Shown piece by piece: positions 1 through 11,053 of a DNA stretch of 64,000 bases (the first letter of the stretch is position 1; each line of letters opens with the position of its first letter). This stretch comes from Utricularia gibba (lineage: Eukaryota; Plantae; Magnoliophyta): NCBI GenBank assembly GCA_002189035.1, contig NEEC01000007.1, positions 930,001 through 994,000 on the forward strand, written 5' to 3'. The notes beneath the pieces were generated by a model. The model worked only from the letters and a program-made list of their open reading frames with translations. It was not told where the DNA came from and did no database searches. The translations under genes were made by a program, and so were the position numbers.

Positions 1-153
1 AACCAGATCAGTCTCCACAACCTCCTCCAACTTCTTCTCCTCCACCACTACAATTGCAGATTCCTAAACCCGATCAACACCAAAATCTAAGACCAAAAAA
101 ACCAGAAATTCAAAGGAATTACCGATCTGAGGCTGCTCAATGACGATAGTCAT
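1..153 (-). CDS. MIOX: myo-inositol oxygenase, 5' end only (runs off the window start)
   Basis: ATG at 153-151. Exon 153-123, GT-AG intron 122-48, exon 47-1 give MTIVIEQPQIVVEEKKLEEVVETDLV, matching the plant MIOX N-terminus that precedes LDGGF. TATA box about 90 nt upstream. Confidence 0.75.
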
Positions 154-243
154 CTTGAATCAACGTTGAAGAGAAAGATACGGAAACCTAAGATGAGAAG
201 ATTGCGAAGACGAGATTGCATATTTCGAGAATGTAGGTGAGGC

Positions 244-253
244 CTATTTATAG
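244..253 (-). promoter_or_regulatory. TATA box of MIOX
   Basis: CTATAAATAG on the minus strand, upstream of the MIOX 5' UTR. Confidence 0.7.
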
Positions 254-427
254 CCGCCGGCGAGCCCTTCCCTGAGAATTCGGAAGCCGCGAGTCCTCAA
301 TGCCAATATTTATGTCCTTCTCTGTAAAACTCAAAACTTCCGAGTCCTCCCGGTTGCTAAATCGACATATTTTCTATTTTATAACTGATTTTAAAAAAGA
401 GATATTTCGCGTGTGCGGGGCCCATGA

Positions 428-530
428 TGACTCAGCAGCGAGCTGGAGATCATATACTCTTCTGCAACGGTAATGGCTGGCCCTGACGTGGAATTGACAA
501 GGAGCGGGACTCATCATCTCTCACCACGTG
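428..530. promoter_or_regulatory. bZIP-type cis-element cluster upstream of MIOX
   Basis: TGACTCA 428-434, TGACGTGG 484-491, ACTCAT 509-514, CACGTG 525-530. Confidence 0.5.
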
Positions 531-1961
531 CTCACCCTGCCGCATTTCTTTATTTTTAACCGTCCGTTTTTTTTCGTGTTAAAATTCGATGAAACTGAAA
601 AATATCAACGGTCAGGATCTGTCCAGCTGGAAAATCAGTTTATTATATTATATTGCAACTTAATAAATTACGAGCAATTAGTAAAATATAATTATAAAAA
701 GAATTTATGCACTGTATGATTTAAAATCCTTCTATCATTCCAAATTGATACTATTACATTTGAATTTTTTTAAATTTGAGAGTTGGGATTTGATCCTATT
801 CAATAAATAAACAAATCGGATTGAATCAGATTCAACCCCAAATTCTAATGTTACTTGAAATATTAAAATTAATAATTCGATGAATCTAGTGAATACGTGA
901 CTAAATTTCAAGTACATAACAAACTTTTTATCGTATCTAAAAAGCTTAGTTCCAATCAATTATTCATGATATATAAACTTTTATATATATGATCATATTA
1001 CTTTAATTTTTCGATATAGAATTGGAGTAAGTATCGATAAGTAACAAAAATCCCATGAATTGGAGTCTGAATATCTTATTGTAGGGATGGAGAATGATCG
1101 AGAATGCCCAACAACTGCCTAACAACCATTCCATAAAGCAAATGAAGTTCAACCACTATTCAATATGTATACATGTGACAGACAGCTTCAGGCAGGCCGT
1201 AGGATTCTGTGGCCTGTCCGAAAGAGGCATCCTCGTTATGGGAAAACGTGAGTGAGGGTTTGGTGGGTCTGAATTGGGTGAAAATATCAGTAATTCCGGT
1301 GCGTAGATTTTATTAATGAACATCTACGCTAATTTTGTTGCGGTTATGGTATGACAGGTGGATGTGGACTGTTCGAAATGTAATGTGCGGTGTGCACGCC
1401 TCCAGGTGTCGCCCACTCTGAGGTTGGTAACTGTTGAAATCATGTATTAATGTTGATAGTTGCTTGCTAAGCAGTAAGCCTCAAAACCAGCCCGAGCTCA
1501 TCCCGCAAATGGAACTGAAGCCATTTGCTTGGACACCACGAACAAACAATCGTACATCAGAAGATAAAAAAGAAATATAAGAAATTGTATATCAATAGTA
1601 ATTGTTTGAGTTTAATATTTTCTAATATAATTTATATTTATTATGCATTTGAATTTTATATGTGTTTGTTCTAATTATCGGATTCTTAATTTTAACGAAT
1701 AGGACTTGGAAGACGGTAGCAGAGAGCCGCATAAGGAATCTCAATGATTAGGTGTTATTGAAAAAGAGTGAAGCGTGAGACGTAGACATTTTAAGAAGGT
1801 TGAAATTAAGTATTCGACGTAATGAATAAACACACATGTAAACATTAAAAATAAGATGGGAAAAATCATGGGTGTGAAGATCAAGTATATTATAAAAATA
1901 AATTGCATTTTAAAAAATTAGACATAATTGATTTTAGTAATCTATAAGAACATCTTTATTA

Positions 1962-2223
1962 ATATCCGGAAATACTGACCTGACATTTTTGGAAATTGAG
2001 TTATTGTGTTTCTTTTACTAAGTTTTTTTTATGTTTGTATCAATTTCTGGAAATCATAATATTAAAATAAATAGTATAAATTATATTTTAAACTATTTCC
2101 AGAATGAAACCAAGTTTACTCATTTACGTTTCTATAAAAAATGAAAAACAAGTATAGTATTAGTGGTTTCCAAAAACATTTTACCATTTTCGGAAATGCC
2201 ACATCAGCATTTCCGGAAACAGG
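1962..2223. repeat. Degenerate TT(C/T)(C/T)GGAAA repeats with a small inverted repeat; possible decayed Mutator-like terminal fragment
   Basis: Motif recurs near 1965, 1988, 2045, 2097, 2187 and 2213. TTTCGGAAATG-ccacatcag-CATTTCCGGAAA is a near-perfect inverted repeat. No TSD or second end found. Confidence 0.25.
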
Positions 2224-5052
2224 TAAAGATGATATAATATATTATATATTTAGACGATATTATTTATTTTAATACAATATATTAGAATAATAAGGTGAGG
2301 TTGGCTGGCCCATTGTAATAGGAAGTCCTTGGGATTGGCCCATTGTCAGACACGAGGAGCACAATGCCCAAGGTGGTGCGAATTGAATCGGGTTCGAAGT
2401 CGGACCTCGAGCATGCCCACAAACCCATGATGAAGCTTGGTGATGGATTTGGGTCGGCATTACAGGAGACGACGTTTTGCATGTGCCGGTGCCATCATCT
2501 CGCTAGCCTTGATGCGGAGTGGACTATATATTTAAGCAGTGGACATGAATCCAGTTGTGTAGTGTCCCTGCATCCTGTTTTGGTTGCTGGTTTTCTGCCT
2601 TTGGAAATCTGGTATCTGCCGGCATTTACAGTGCAGTAGCTGGCATAACTGCACAAGGCCAGGCCAAACCAGACCAGTGGGTATTTTAGTTTTTTAAACA
2701 CAGTAAAATACAGTGGGTATTTTTCAAATTAACTCGCCAGACGACCGCACTGGCCCATCGACGACTTCAACTCCTCCACCAACGTCTACAGACTGAGACA
2801 CACTGGGACTCAGACTTCAACTTGATCAAATATATCCGACAAATTCCAATTACATGATAAAGATCATCATCTTAATTACATTAAAAAAGATTAGACTAAA
2901 TATATTATTTCACATTCATTTTTTGATGTGAGATTATTTTAATATTATGAGTTACCCACACCAACCCGCAAGTCCGACCCGGCTTCACATTTATACAATA
3001 AATGTAACCTAATGTATAACTCTGATATCATGATTTGGGATTTGAAAACACAGTTGCCGACATGTTCGAAAAGGCCCTTATCTCTCGCGAGTGGGAATTA
3101 AATAATGCCCGAGGCCAATTATGAATGGGGTGGTTCGGAGTTTACATTGATTAGCAACAACAACACACACCCCTCCTTGCGCTTCTCTGTGAATGAGCTA
3201 CCCATACACCCCTTCAATCATGCACCATGCAGCTCCAAGACTGTGATTACCAGAGGGAGACTCAGAAGCTTTGTGATGTGAATTAGTATGGAACACAGGT
3301 ATCTGGAATTAAATATGATGATGTGATGCAGCTAATCAGATCAGCCCATGGGCGCGCAACCGAAATGGCGACAGGTCTACAGTGAACAGCACCGCACATG
3401 ATGCCCATCTAACAAAGTGCAACCGCATTGGCGACCCATTAATAAGCCGGACAGGAAGCAAAGCAAAGCACCGCTTTAGTGTCCTTTGGAGCAAGAAAAG
3501 TTTGAGGTTGTCAATCAGGAAACGTAAGACCATATGATACCAGTTGCGGGTTCCCCTCCCCAAGATGATTTATTTTACTTACATAGCAAAAACCCTGTTT
3601 GGTATAACTTTTCGAGAGTCATTTCTTATAGAAGTAAGTATTTATGAAGTGAATTTTTTGAGGTTTTTTTGTAAGATAAATCTTCGTACCAAAACTGTTT
3701 TTCGAAACAGAAGTTATTCCATGGAGAGATTGAGTCTCCGTGCATGGAATTCCCGACCCCGCGATCCAACTACGCACATAAATTGGGGACCCGGTGGCAC
3801 ATCAGTCATGTGCTGAACTCCCGATTGGTAGGTACATTGGCAGGCGCAGACCCAGTTGATGCTTATTGAACCCTAGCACGATGTGTTGGAGTAAATTAGT
3901 GATTTTTCCTGACATTTCAACTCAAACTACTAACTACTGCGGGGGGGACCTACTCAGAAAGAAAGTACCCCTCTACAATGGGAGACGAGACCAGACTCAT
4001 GCCACCATATTTTAATAAAAAAAACTTCACCCATTTCACTAAAGCAGTCTAGTTTCCTTCCTAGGAAACGAGAGGGAGAGGAGTGGAGCTGAGGGTGTGC
4101 GGATACCGTCGAGCCGCTCTGGGTTGTGGAGTTGAAAGCTGTGCGTTGGCCTCTGGGGCCGCGGGGACCGGCGGCTTGATGCTGCGAGTCTGGTCAATCC
4201 GCGCAATGAATACGCGCTGCTGCATTTGCCATGAATCCCCCTCTCTTAATTCCTTTTCTTCTTCTATTCACGTCCGTGGATTCTCTTGCACTCCGCACCC
4301 ACCTCCCCTTCTTCCCAACTGTCGACTCTCATTAACACCCACCCTTCACCTACCTTTACACTCTTTTTTTTTTTTTGCAGATTCCTGTATCCAATGCGAC
4401 ATTTTACAAAGACAATATGATTTTTCTTAGAAGAGAATTAGGCATACGAAATAATAATATCGTGTTTGATAGATTTGTTTACGTATCTAAACATTCATAT
4501 ATTGATAACGAAATCTACTTTATAAATATATCTGAAATTAAGAATCTAATAGATAGGATGAACATATAAGTACAAATATACAAGAAAATTAGATTATATT
4601 ATAAAAGATTAGATTTAATTGACTATTAATGATCTATAATTTATTATATATTTGATTATTTTAATTTTATTTTTTAAATTACTTATTCTAATATATATAT
4701 TATGTAATATATTTTTATTTGTAAACGTATATACCAAATATATCATTACTTCACTCAACATAGAGTCTAAAATCTATATTGAAAAAATAAACATATTAAA
4801 TGATAAATTGAGGAATAATGAACCCACGGGTGAAATCATCAATTTTATTTTAAATTATAATTTTTTTTTGGACGACAATTGATTTAAATTTTGCCGTGAT
4901 GTCGTGGCACTCTGAAATAAGGAATGTAGTAAAACTTACACACACCAGTGAAAAGAAAGGCGCTTCTCAGATCAGATGTCCCAGAATACAGACCAGGGAA
5001 AAAGGTGACGTGTACTGTCCAAAAACCTGTCCCAAATCGGAGCCCCAACTGC

Positions 5053-5060
5053 TATAAATA
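5053..5060 (+). promoter_or_regulatory. TATA box of the BAHD gene
   Basis: TATAAATA about 95 nt upstream of ATG 5153. Confidence 0.7.
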
Positions 5061-5152
5061 CACTACACTACAACTAGCTGCATATTGCATTGCAGCCCCT
5101 TGTCGCCATTCACACTTAAGCTTCTAGTTTTACTACTCGGGAGCTCGGCTTC

Positions 5153-7304
5153 ATGGGGATCGAACCGGCCATCCAGGATCTCAATGTCACGGTTCACGAT
5201 TCGTCTCTTGTCTTCCCTGACTTCCAGGTAGACGAGACCAAGTCTCTGTTCTTCTCTAACATTGATCAAGTCCTCAATTTCCATGTTCAAACTCTCCATT
5301 TCTTCCCCCCCAACCCCGATTTCACGCCGGAAGCGGCGGCGGAGAGGCTCAAGAGTGCCCTCCAGAAGGTTATGGTGGAGTACGAGTTCTTGGCCGGGAG
5401 GGTGAAACCGGATCAAGAAACGGGGCGGCTCGAGGTTCAGTACAAGCCTTATGGGGCTGGATTCGTCGTGGCGTCATCTGAGTTCTCTCTTGATGAGATC
5501 GGGGATCTTGTTTATCCCAATCCTGCTTTCATGCAGCTCATCCTCCCTGGATTGAGCAAGTTCGATGATAATCCACTCTGCGTGCTCCAGGTAAACGCTT
5601 TCTTTCAGTTTCTTAGGGAAACTAACACAATTACTGCCTGCTGGGTTCATCCTTTGGTGTGTTCCTTCTGTTTTCATCTATGTTCATAGAGATGGGCTGT
5701 TCATTTATTAGGCGCAGCTGCCATTGAATAGCCGTGTTATCCCACCACCCAACACCAATAATTAAAATTACCAACCAATGTGATATGGTGACCACTTAGA
5801 CCAGTGTGTTGTGGTCCAAATGCTCGTAAAAAAAGGTGAAGAAAACTGGAAACTTGATCACATTTGGTCCCAGATTCATCTTTTCCCCCTCTTTTGCCTT
5901 TCACTCAGGGTTAAGTTTCATCTGTCATTTCTATATGCATCAAAATCTTGACTCCTTGGTGCAACCAGCGTAGGGGAGGTACTAGTCTGGTAGGGTCTGC
6001 CATGATTGCTCATTATTCCAACTTCCTTTTACACTGGATTCATTGGCCGTTTTCTCTATTAAAAAAAGATGATCTTTTTTTTTTTTGTGAGGCTACTCCC
6101 TACAAAAGCTAGTCTAAGAATTAAGTTAATCCCATAACTTGGATTTAAAAGCTAATCATGCAGATGGATCAGCCCATTAGGGGCATTATTTCGCAACTAG
6201 AGTAGAGTAGTGAGCCTATGGATTACCGACTGGCAAAGACTTCTGTCTGTGTGTGTAGGAAAACTTGGAGTTTCGATGATCCCGAGGTTGGGGGAGACAA
6301 AGAAGAGTTGTTAAAATTTTGATCTTACAGAAAGAAGTTTTTTTGTCAGAATGTGAGTGTTGAGGAAGATGAGAAATTTGGGATTGTTTTCTAAAGTCAG
6401 AGTTGTGTTGCAGGTTACATCGTTCAAATGTGGAGGTTTCTGTTTAGGAGTATCGACTAATCATGCTCTGTTCGATGGGATGAGCTTCAAGGTGTTCCTT
6501 CAGAACCTTGGTTCACAAGCATTTAGTGACAGACCATTCCACGTAATACCTTGCCATGATCGCCTCCTTCTCGCCGCCCGGACGCCGCCGCAGGTGACAT
6601 TTGACCATCCCGAGCTGCTAAAGCAACCAGAAGGGGCTGAAAACGCCACCGTCTTTGACTGTAATAAAGAAGAGCTTGATTTCAAGATCTTCCGGCTGAG
6701 CTCTGAAGACATCAATCGGATGAAAGAGACTGCCAAATCTACAAAAACGAAGCCGAACACGAAGTTAACTGGATTCAATCTGATCACAGCCCATGTTTGG
6801 CGCTGCAAAGCACTGTCACGGGATGTGGAGAATAACAGAGAAAGGGAATCAATAGTTCTCTACGCAGTTGATATCAAGCCAAGGATGAATCCTCCATTGC
6901 CAGCTTCTTACTGCGGCAACGCCGTGCTGAGCGCCTACGCGGCGGCGAAATGCTGGGAACTTGAAGTTGAGCCTCTGGCGAAACTGGTTGAGCGTATCAC
7001 TGAAGGGGCGGCAAGGATCACAGATGAGTATGCAAGATCGGCTATCGATTGGGGTGAAATTCACAAGGGATTTCCAAACGGGGAGTTTCTGATTTCGTCT
7101 TGGTGGCGTTTGGGGTTCGATGAAGTTGAGTATCCATGGGGGAAACCCAAGTACAGTTGCCCGGTGGTTTACCGCCGGAGCGATATAATTCTACTTTTTC
7201 CGGATATCGGCGGCGCCACCAGCCAGGGAGTTAATGTTCTGGTTGCACTTCCGCCGAAGGAGATGATCAAGTTTCAATCTTTGTTCAGTTCGTTGTTGGA
7301 GTAA
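5153..7304 (+). CDS. BAHD acyltransferase, GLAUCE-like
   Basis: Exons 5153-5590 and 6414-7304. HXXXD motif (HALFDG), DFGWG-equivalent EYPWGKP, and N-terminal SLFFSNIDQVLNF and IGDLVYPNPAF motifs. Confidence 0.93.
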
Positions 7305-7810
7305 TGGCTTCAAGATTTGTATGTGTACAGGCATATTACATGAACCACAACCCATGCCGCCTAATGTAAGAATAAGAGACAAGATCAGCAGTTTTCCTGT
7401 CTTGGAACTCAGTATCTACTTGTCTATTGCTCAGAACCTTTTTCCCATTCTCTCTTACCAAGTGATGGGAAACAACTCACCAGGAGTAAGTAGCACACAC
7501 AGAGTCCTTTGCTTGAAAATGACAAACAAGGGGAGCTGCGTTACATTAAAAATGCAGCAAAAACAGAGTCTTTTGCTTCAAACTACAAATTCCAGGGCAA
7601 GTTGTTGATACCTTTTTCTTCTCGCAACAAGTCTTTACCAAGAGTCTGCTTGTTTCTTTAAACTAAGAATGCTCTTTATAAACCAAATGAATTGGATTAA
7701 AACACAGAGAAGAGATTAGAAAGAATACAAACAAACCAAAGGGGAGCTCTAATACATATGAGCTCTATTACATCCCAAGGAGTGTAAGAGCACAGCTCTT
7801 TTTCGCGTTC

Positions 7811-8362
7811 CTAGACGTGAAAAGGCAACGACCATCTTCTTCCATTAACATCTCCAACTTTAGCGCTAGAGCCGTTGATCCCCTTTCTCTCCATATAAGC
7901 GTAGTAGTTCAAGAAGAAAGCAAGCGTAAGCACAACCCATTCCAAACAGAACATCACAACGCAGAGCCCCCCTGCAAGTTTCAGAATCACCACACCATCT
8001 TCTTCTCTCACGTAAGATTTCAAGTGATTGAGGAAATCAGAAGGCTTCGTGAATATCAAAACTGAGACGGATCCCTGAAAAATGGCAGTTAAAACAGTAG
8101 CCACCATGTGGGCACCGTAGAACTTTCCGGCAGAGGATGCAGATCTCGCGGCAGCGGCGCAGCCGGAGATCGCCCCGGCAATCGTGATGATGTGGAGAAG
8201 GATTAGGAGAAAGCCGACGAGAGAAGGGATGAGGCGGAGTGAAAGGGTGAGGAAGATGCAACTCGAGGCGGCGCCGAGGAGGATGTAGTTTGTGAGGATG
8301 AAGACTTTGTGGGTGTAGGGATGGGAGCATTCTCCGGCGGAGTAATCGATCGATAAACCCAT
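7811..8362 (-). CDS. Small multi-pass membrane protein (At5g16250/At3g02640-like), copy A
   Basis: Intronless, 183 aa from ATG 8362. Contains NYILLGAASSCIFLTLSLRL and LKSYVREEDG. Paralog of 8979-9545. Confidence 0.9.
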   Translation of the reverse strand: MGLSIDYSAGECSHPYTHKVFILTNYILLGAASSCIFLTLSLRLIPSLVGFLLILLHIITIAGAISGCAAAARSASSAGKFYGAHMVATVLTAIFQGSVSVLIFTKPSDFLNHLKSYVREEDGVVILKLAGGLCVVMFCLEWVVLTLAFFLNYYAYMERKGINGSSAKVGDVNGRRWSLPFHV

Positions 8363-8505
8363 CTTTTTTGGCGGCAGCAAAGAGTAAAAAGAGAATTCAC
8401 TTACTTCCCTCCGAAATTTTGTGAGTTGAGTTTGTGTGTGGTGGGAGAAGGGGAGCTGGGGCGGATATATACACGACGACAGGGGAAGAGTCAAGTTGCA
8501 CAGTG

Positions 8506-8559
8506 TAACGGTCGTATTTCCGACCCGTTGAGATTTGAATGGAACGCGCGTAACGGCTA
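8506..8559 (-). promoter_or_regulatory. Triple MSA-like (AACGG) cassette, copy A promoter
   Basis: TAACGGTC 8506-8513, CCCGTTGAGA 8524-8533, TAACGGCTA 8551-8559. Confidence 0.65.
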
Positions 8560-8809
8560 GTTTATGCCGGTCCGGTGTCCCACATTTTTTAATTTTCCTA
8601 TTTTTTTCATGGATTATTTTTAAAAATTGGAATAATAATATTTTTAATTATTTAAAATTAGAGAATTTTGAAAACTCGAATTGTTTCTAAATTGAACACT
8701 ATATGTTCTATCAAACTCGAATGCTAATGGTTTAATTTGTCAAAAAGGCGTAGGCGTGGGCACGACACGGTGACACGCGAGGAAACTTTTTTTAGGACAC
8801 GCCATGGAG

Positions 8810-8870
8810 TAGCCGTTATGCTTCCATTCACAATTTGAAATTCCACAACGGGTCGAAATATAGCCGTTGC
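8810..8870 (+). promoter_or_regulatory. Triple MSA-like (AACGG) cassette, copy B promoter
   Basis: TAGCCGTTA 8810-8818, CCACAACGGGTC 8843-8854, TAGCCGTTGC 8861-8870. Same order and orientation relative to the gene as in copy A. Confidence 0.65.
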
Positions 8871-8978
8871 ACTCTGAAACTCTGCCATGGGTATATTATA
8901 TAGACTCTTGTTCTTATTCTGCTTCTTCTTCATAATCACTACCGTTTTCAGAGATAGAAATTCGAAGCTCCTCCGAAA

Positions 8979-9545
8979 ATGGGTTTATCTATGGATTACT
9001 CCGCCGGGGAATGCTCCCATCCACACACCCACAAAATCTTCATGCTCACAAACTACGTCCTCCTTGGCGCCGCCTCAAGCTGCATCTTCCTCACCCTCTC
9101 CCTCCGACTCTTCCCCTCCCTCGTCGGCTTCCTCCTGATCCTCCTCCACATCATCACAATCGCCGGCGCCGTCTCCGGCTGCGCCGCCGCCTCGCGCTCC
9201 GCTACGTCTGCAGGAAAATTCTACGGCGCCCACATGGTGGCAACTGTTTTAACCGCCATTTTTCAGGGATCCGTCTCTGTTTTGATATTCACGAGGCCGT
9301 CTGATTTTCTTGCTCACTTGAAATCGTACGTGAGGGAAGAAGATGGTGTGGTGATTCTGAAACTTGCAGGGGGACTCTGCGTCGCCATGTTCTGTTTAGA
9401 ATGGGTTGTGCTTACCCTTGCTTTCTTCCTGAATTACTACGCCTACATGGAGAGAAAGGGGATCAACAGCGGGAACACGAATCGGGCGAAAGCTGGAGAT
9501 GTGGAGGAGGATATCAGAAACTGGCCATGGCCTTTTCAGGTCTGA
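8979..9545 (+). CDS. Small multi-pass membrane protein (At5g16250/At3g02640-like), copy B
   Basis: Intronless 188-aa ORF ending in the family-type C-terminus WPWPFQV. Inverted paralog of 7811-8362. Confidence 0.92.
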   Translation: MGLSMDYSAGECSHPHTHKIFMLTNYVLLGAASSCIFLTLSLRLFPSLVGFLLILLHIITIAGAVSGCAAASRSATSAGKFYGAHMVATVLTAIFQGSVSVLIFTRPSDFLAHLKSYVREEDGVVILKLAGGLCVAMFCLEWVVLTLAFFLNYYAYMERKGINSGNTNRAKAGDVEEDIRNWPWPFQV

Positions 9546-10083
9546 AGTCAACGAAAAGAGGCTGCTTTTTACTGTATTACTACAGCTTCTTTAGAATTCC
9601 GGTGTTTTTCTTGTACCCCGTGTTCATTTGGTTTCCAATGAACGAAGAACATTCTCTGTAGTCCGATCTCGCGGCGGCCGGAGTATGAACCGATCAAAAT
9701 CGAATCTATGAGCTGCTGCATGCAGAACATGTTTGAGTTTCCCTCCAAACCTAACCTAATTCATATTTTAACATTTTTTTACCTTATTAATAAAAAATGT
9801 AATTTATATTAATTTTCTCATTAGAACCTTTATGGTAACAAATCTTCGATATGAATCTAAAACTGAACTGGCGAATTCTCGCACGTGGGAAAATAAAATT
9901 AAAAGGCGATATTGGGAGCAGATTTATTATCTGAATGATTAGATAGTATTTTATTTATAGTGATTTAGGAAATAAAAATCTTATCTGTGCACATTGCTTC
10001 TGGTGATCAGATGCGCTAGTTCCTATATATATATTTGGAATGAAGGCGGACCTTTTTTCAGGCGTGCTCTCTTCAACGATTTC

Positions 10084-10647
10084 ATGGCGGGAAGCAAAGA
10101 GGATCAGTGGAGTGCGATCTCAGTCACTCCGACAAAGTTTGTGCTCCGTCGTTCTCCGGTTTCGAATCACGGTGCCGAGATGGGAGGAGAAACGGAGGGT
10201 CCTCGTCGTTTGAACGGCGTTCCGGTTTACAACAAGGAGATGCTGGAAGCGGCGACAACCTTAATGCTCCTTCGTAATGGATTCTTTGGCGGTAAGAAGG
10301 ATTTTGATACTCCAGATATGGTGGAGGCGGCTGAGTCCCTAGTCACGTTACAGAATGGTGACCAAAGCGAGAACCGTGTGAAAAAACCTCTCCCCAACAA
10401 TGGGAGCGTTACGAGGGTTTTGGGAGAGAACAAGGTTTATACCTGCAAGGAGTGTGGGGAAGTGTTCAAGACGCCTCAGGCGCTCGGAGGTCATATGACG
10501 AAGCACCGAAAAGAAAAAAGCAACGCGACGGAAGTTGTGAAAGATGACAAGAAACGAAAGATGGAGAATGTAGGAAGCACACCAAATGGCGGCAGCGAGT
10601 CTGATGCTCCTGTTGATTTAGACTTGAAATTGGGTTCTTTGTATTAG
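10084..10647 (+). CDS. Single C2H2 (QALGGH) zinc-finger repressor with C-terminal EAR motif
   Basis: CKECGEVFKTPQALGGHMTKH finger and DLDLKL EAR motif. ATG 10084 follows a TATA-like tract at 10023-10034. Confidence 0.88.
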   Translation: MAGSKEDQWSAISVTPTKFVLRRSPVSNHGAEMGGETEGPRRLNGVPVYNKEMLEAATTLMLLRNGFFGGKKDFDTPDMVEAAESLVTLQNGDQSENRVKKPLPNNGSVTRVLGENKVYTCKECGEVFKTPQALGGHMTKHRKEKSNATEVVKDDKKRKMENVGSTPNGGSESDAPVDLDLKLGSLY

Positions 10648-11053
10648 AGCACATACTGTTTTCATGCAATGTTCTTGTAATGTCTCTGATAAACATATGC
10701 AAAAGCTTTGGAATCTCTCTCAATATTTGTTATTCTGAAAACTCCCGAGTCTCTGAAAGTATAGCCATGTTTTCTTCACGATGGGGTTTTTGATGTTTAC
10801 TGTCTGTGAAGTGGGAAATGAGAAGAAAAGCCGCAGTGACCTTTCCCCTGCACGCACAAATTTCACGTCCAGGATTTGCAGCAGCTGCTCGTGAATGAAT
10901 GATGCAAAGAACATAATGTGTTACACTCTGCTTCATCATGCATGGCGTCACTTGTGTGCTTCAAAATCCTTGATTTGTTGCTGCTGCTGCTGCTCTGCTG
11001 TGCCACAGGGCTCAGGGGACATGGTCTTCTCTCTGTGCTTAGGGGCCGTATAA

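Noticed and set aside
1240-1270. AGGGTTT as a possible telomerase RNA template
   Set aside because: The template would be incomplete, and there is no USE/TATA type-3 promoter upstream on the required strand.
2365-2405. Box A/B-like motifs (TGCCCAAGGTGG, GGTTCGAAGTC) suggesting a tRNA or SINE
   Set aside because: Spacing is too short, with no cloverleaf and no poly-A tail or TSD.
3170-3260. GATTGAAGGGG and GCTCATTCA on the minus strand recalling miR159/319 precursors
   Set aside because: The mature sequence does not match and no long fold-back is evident.
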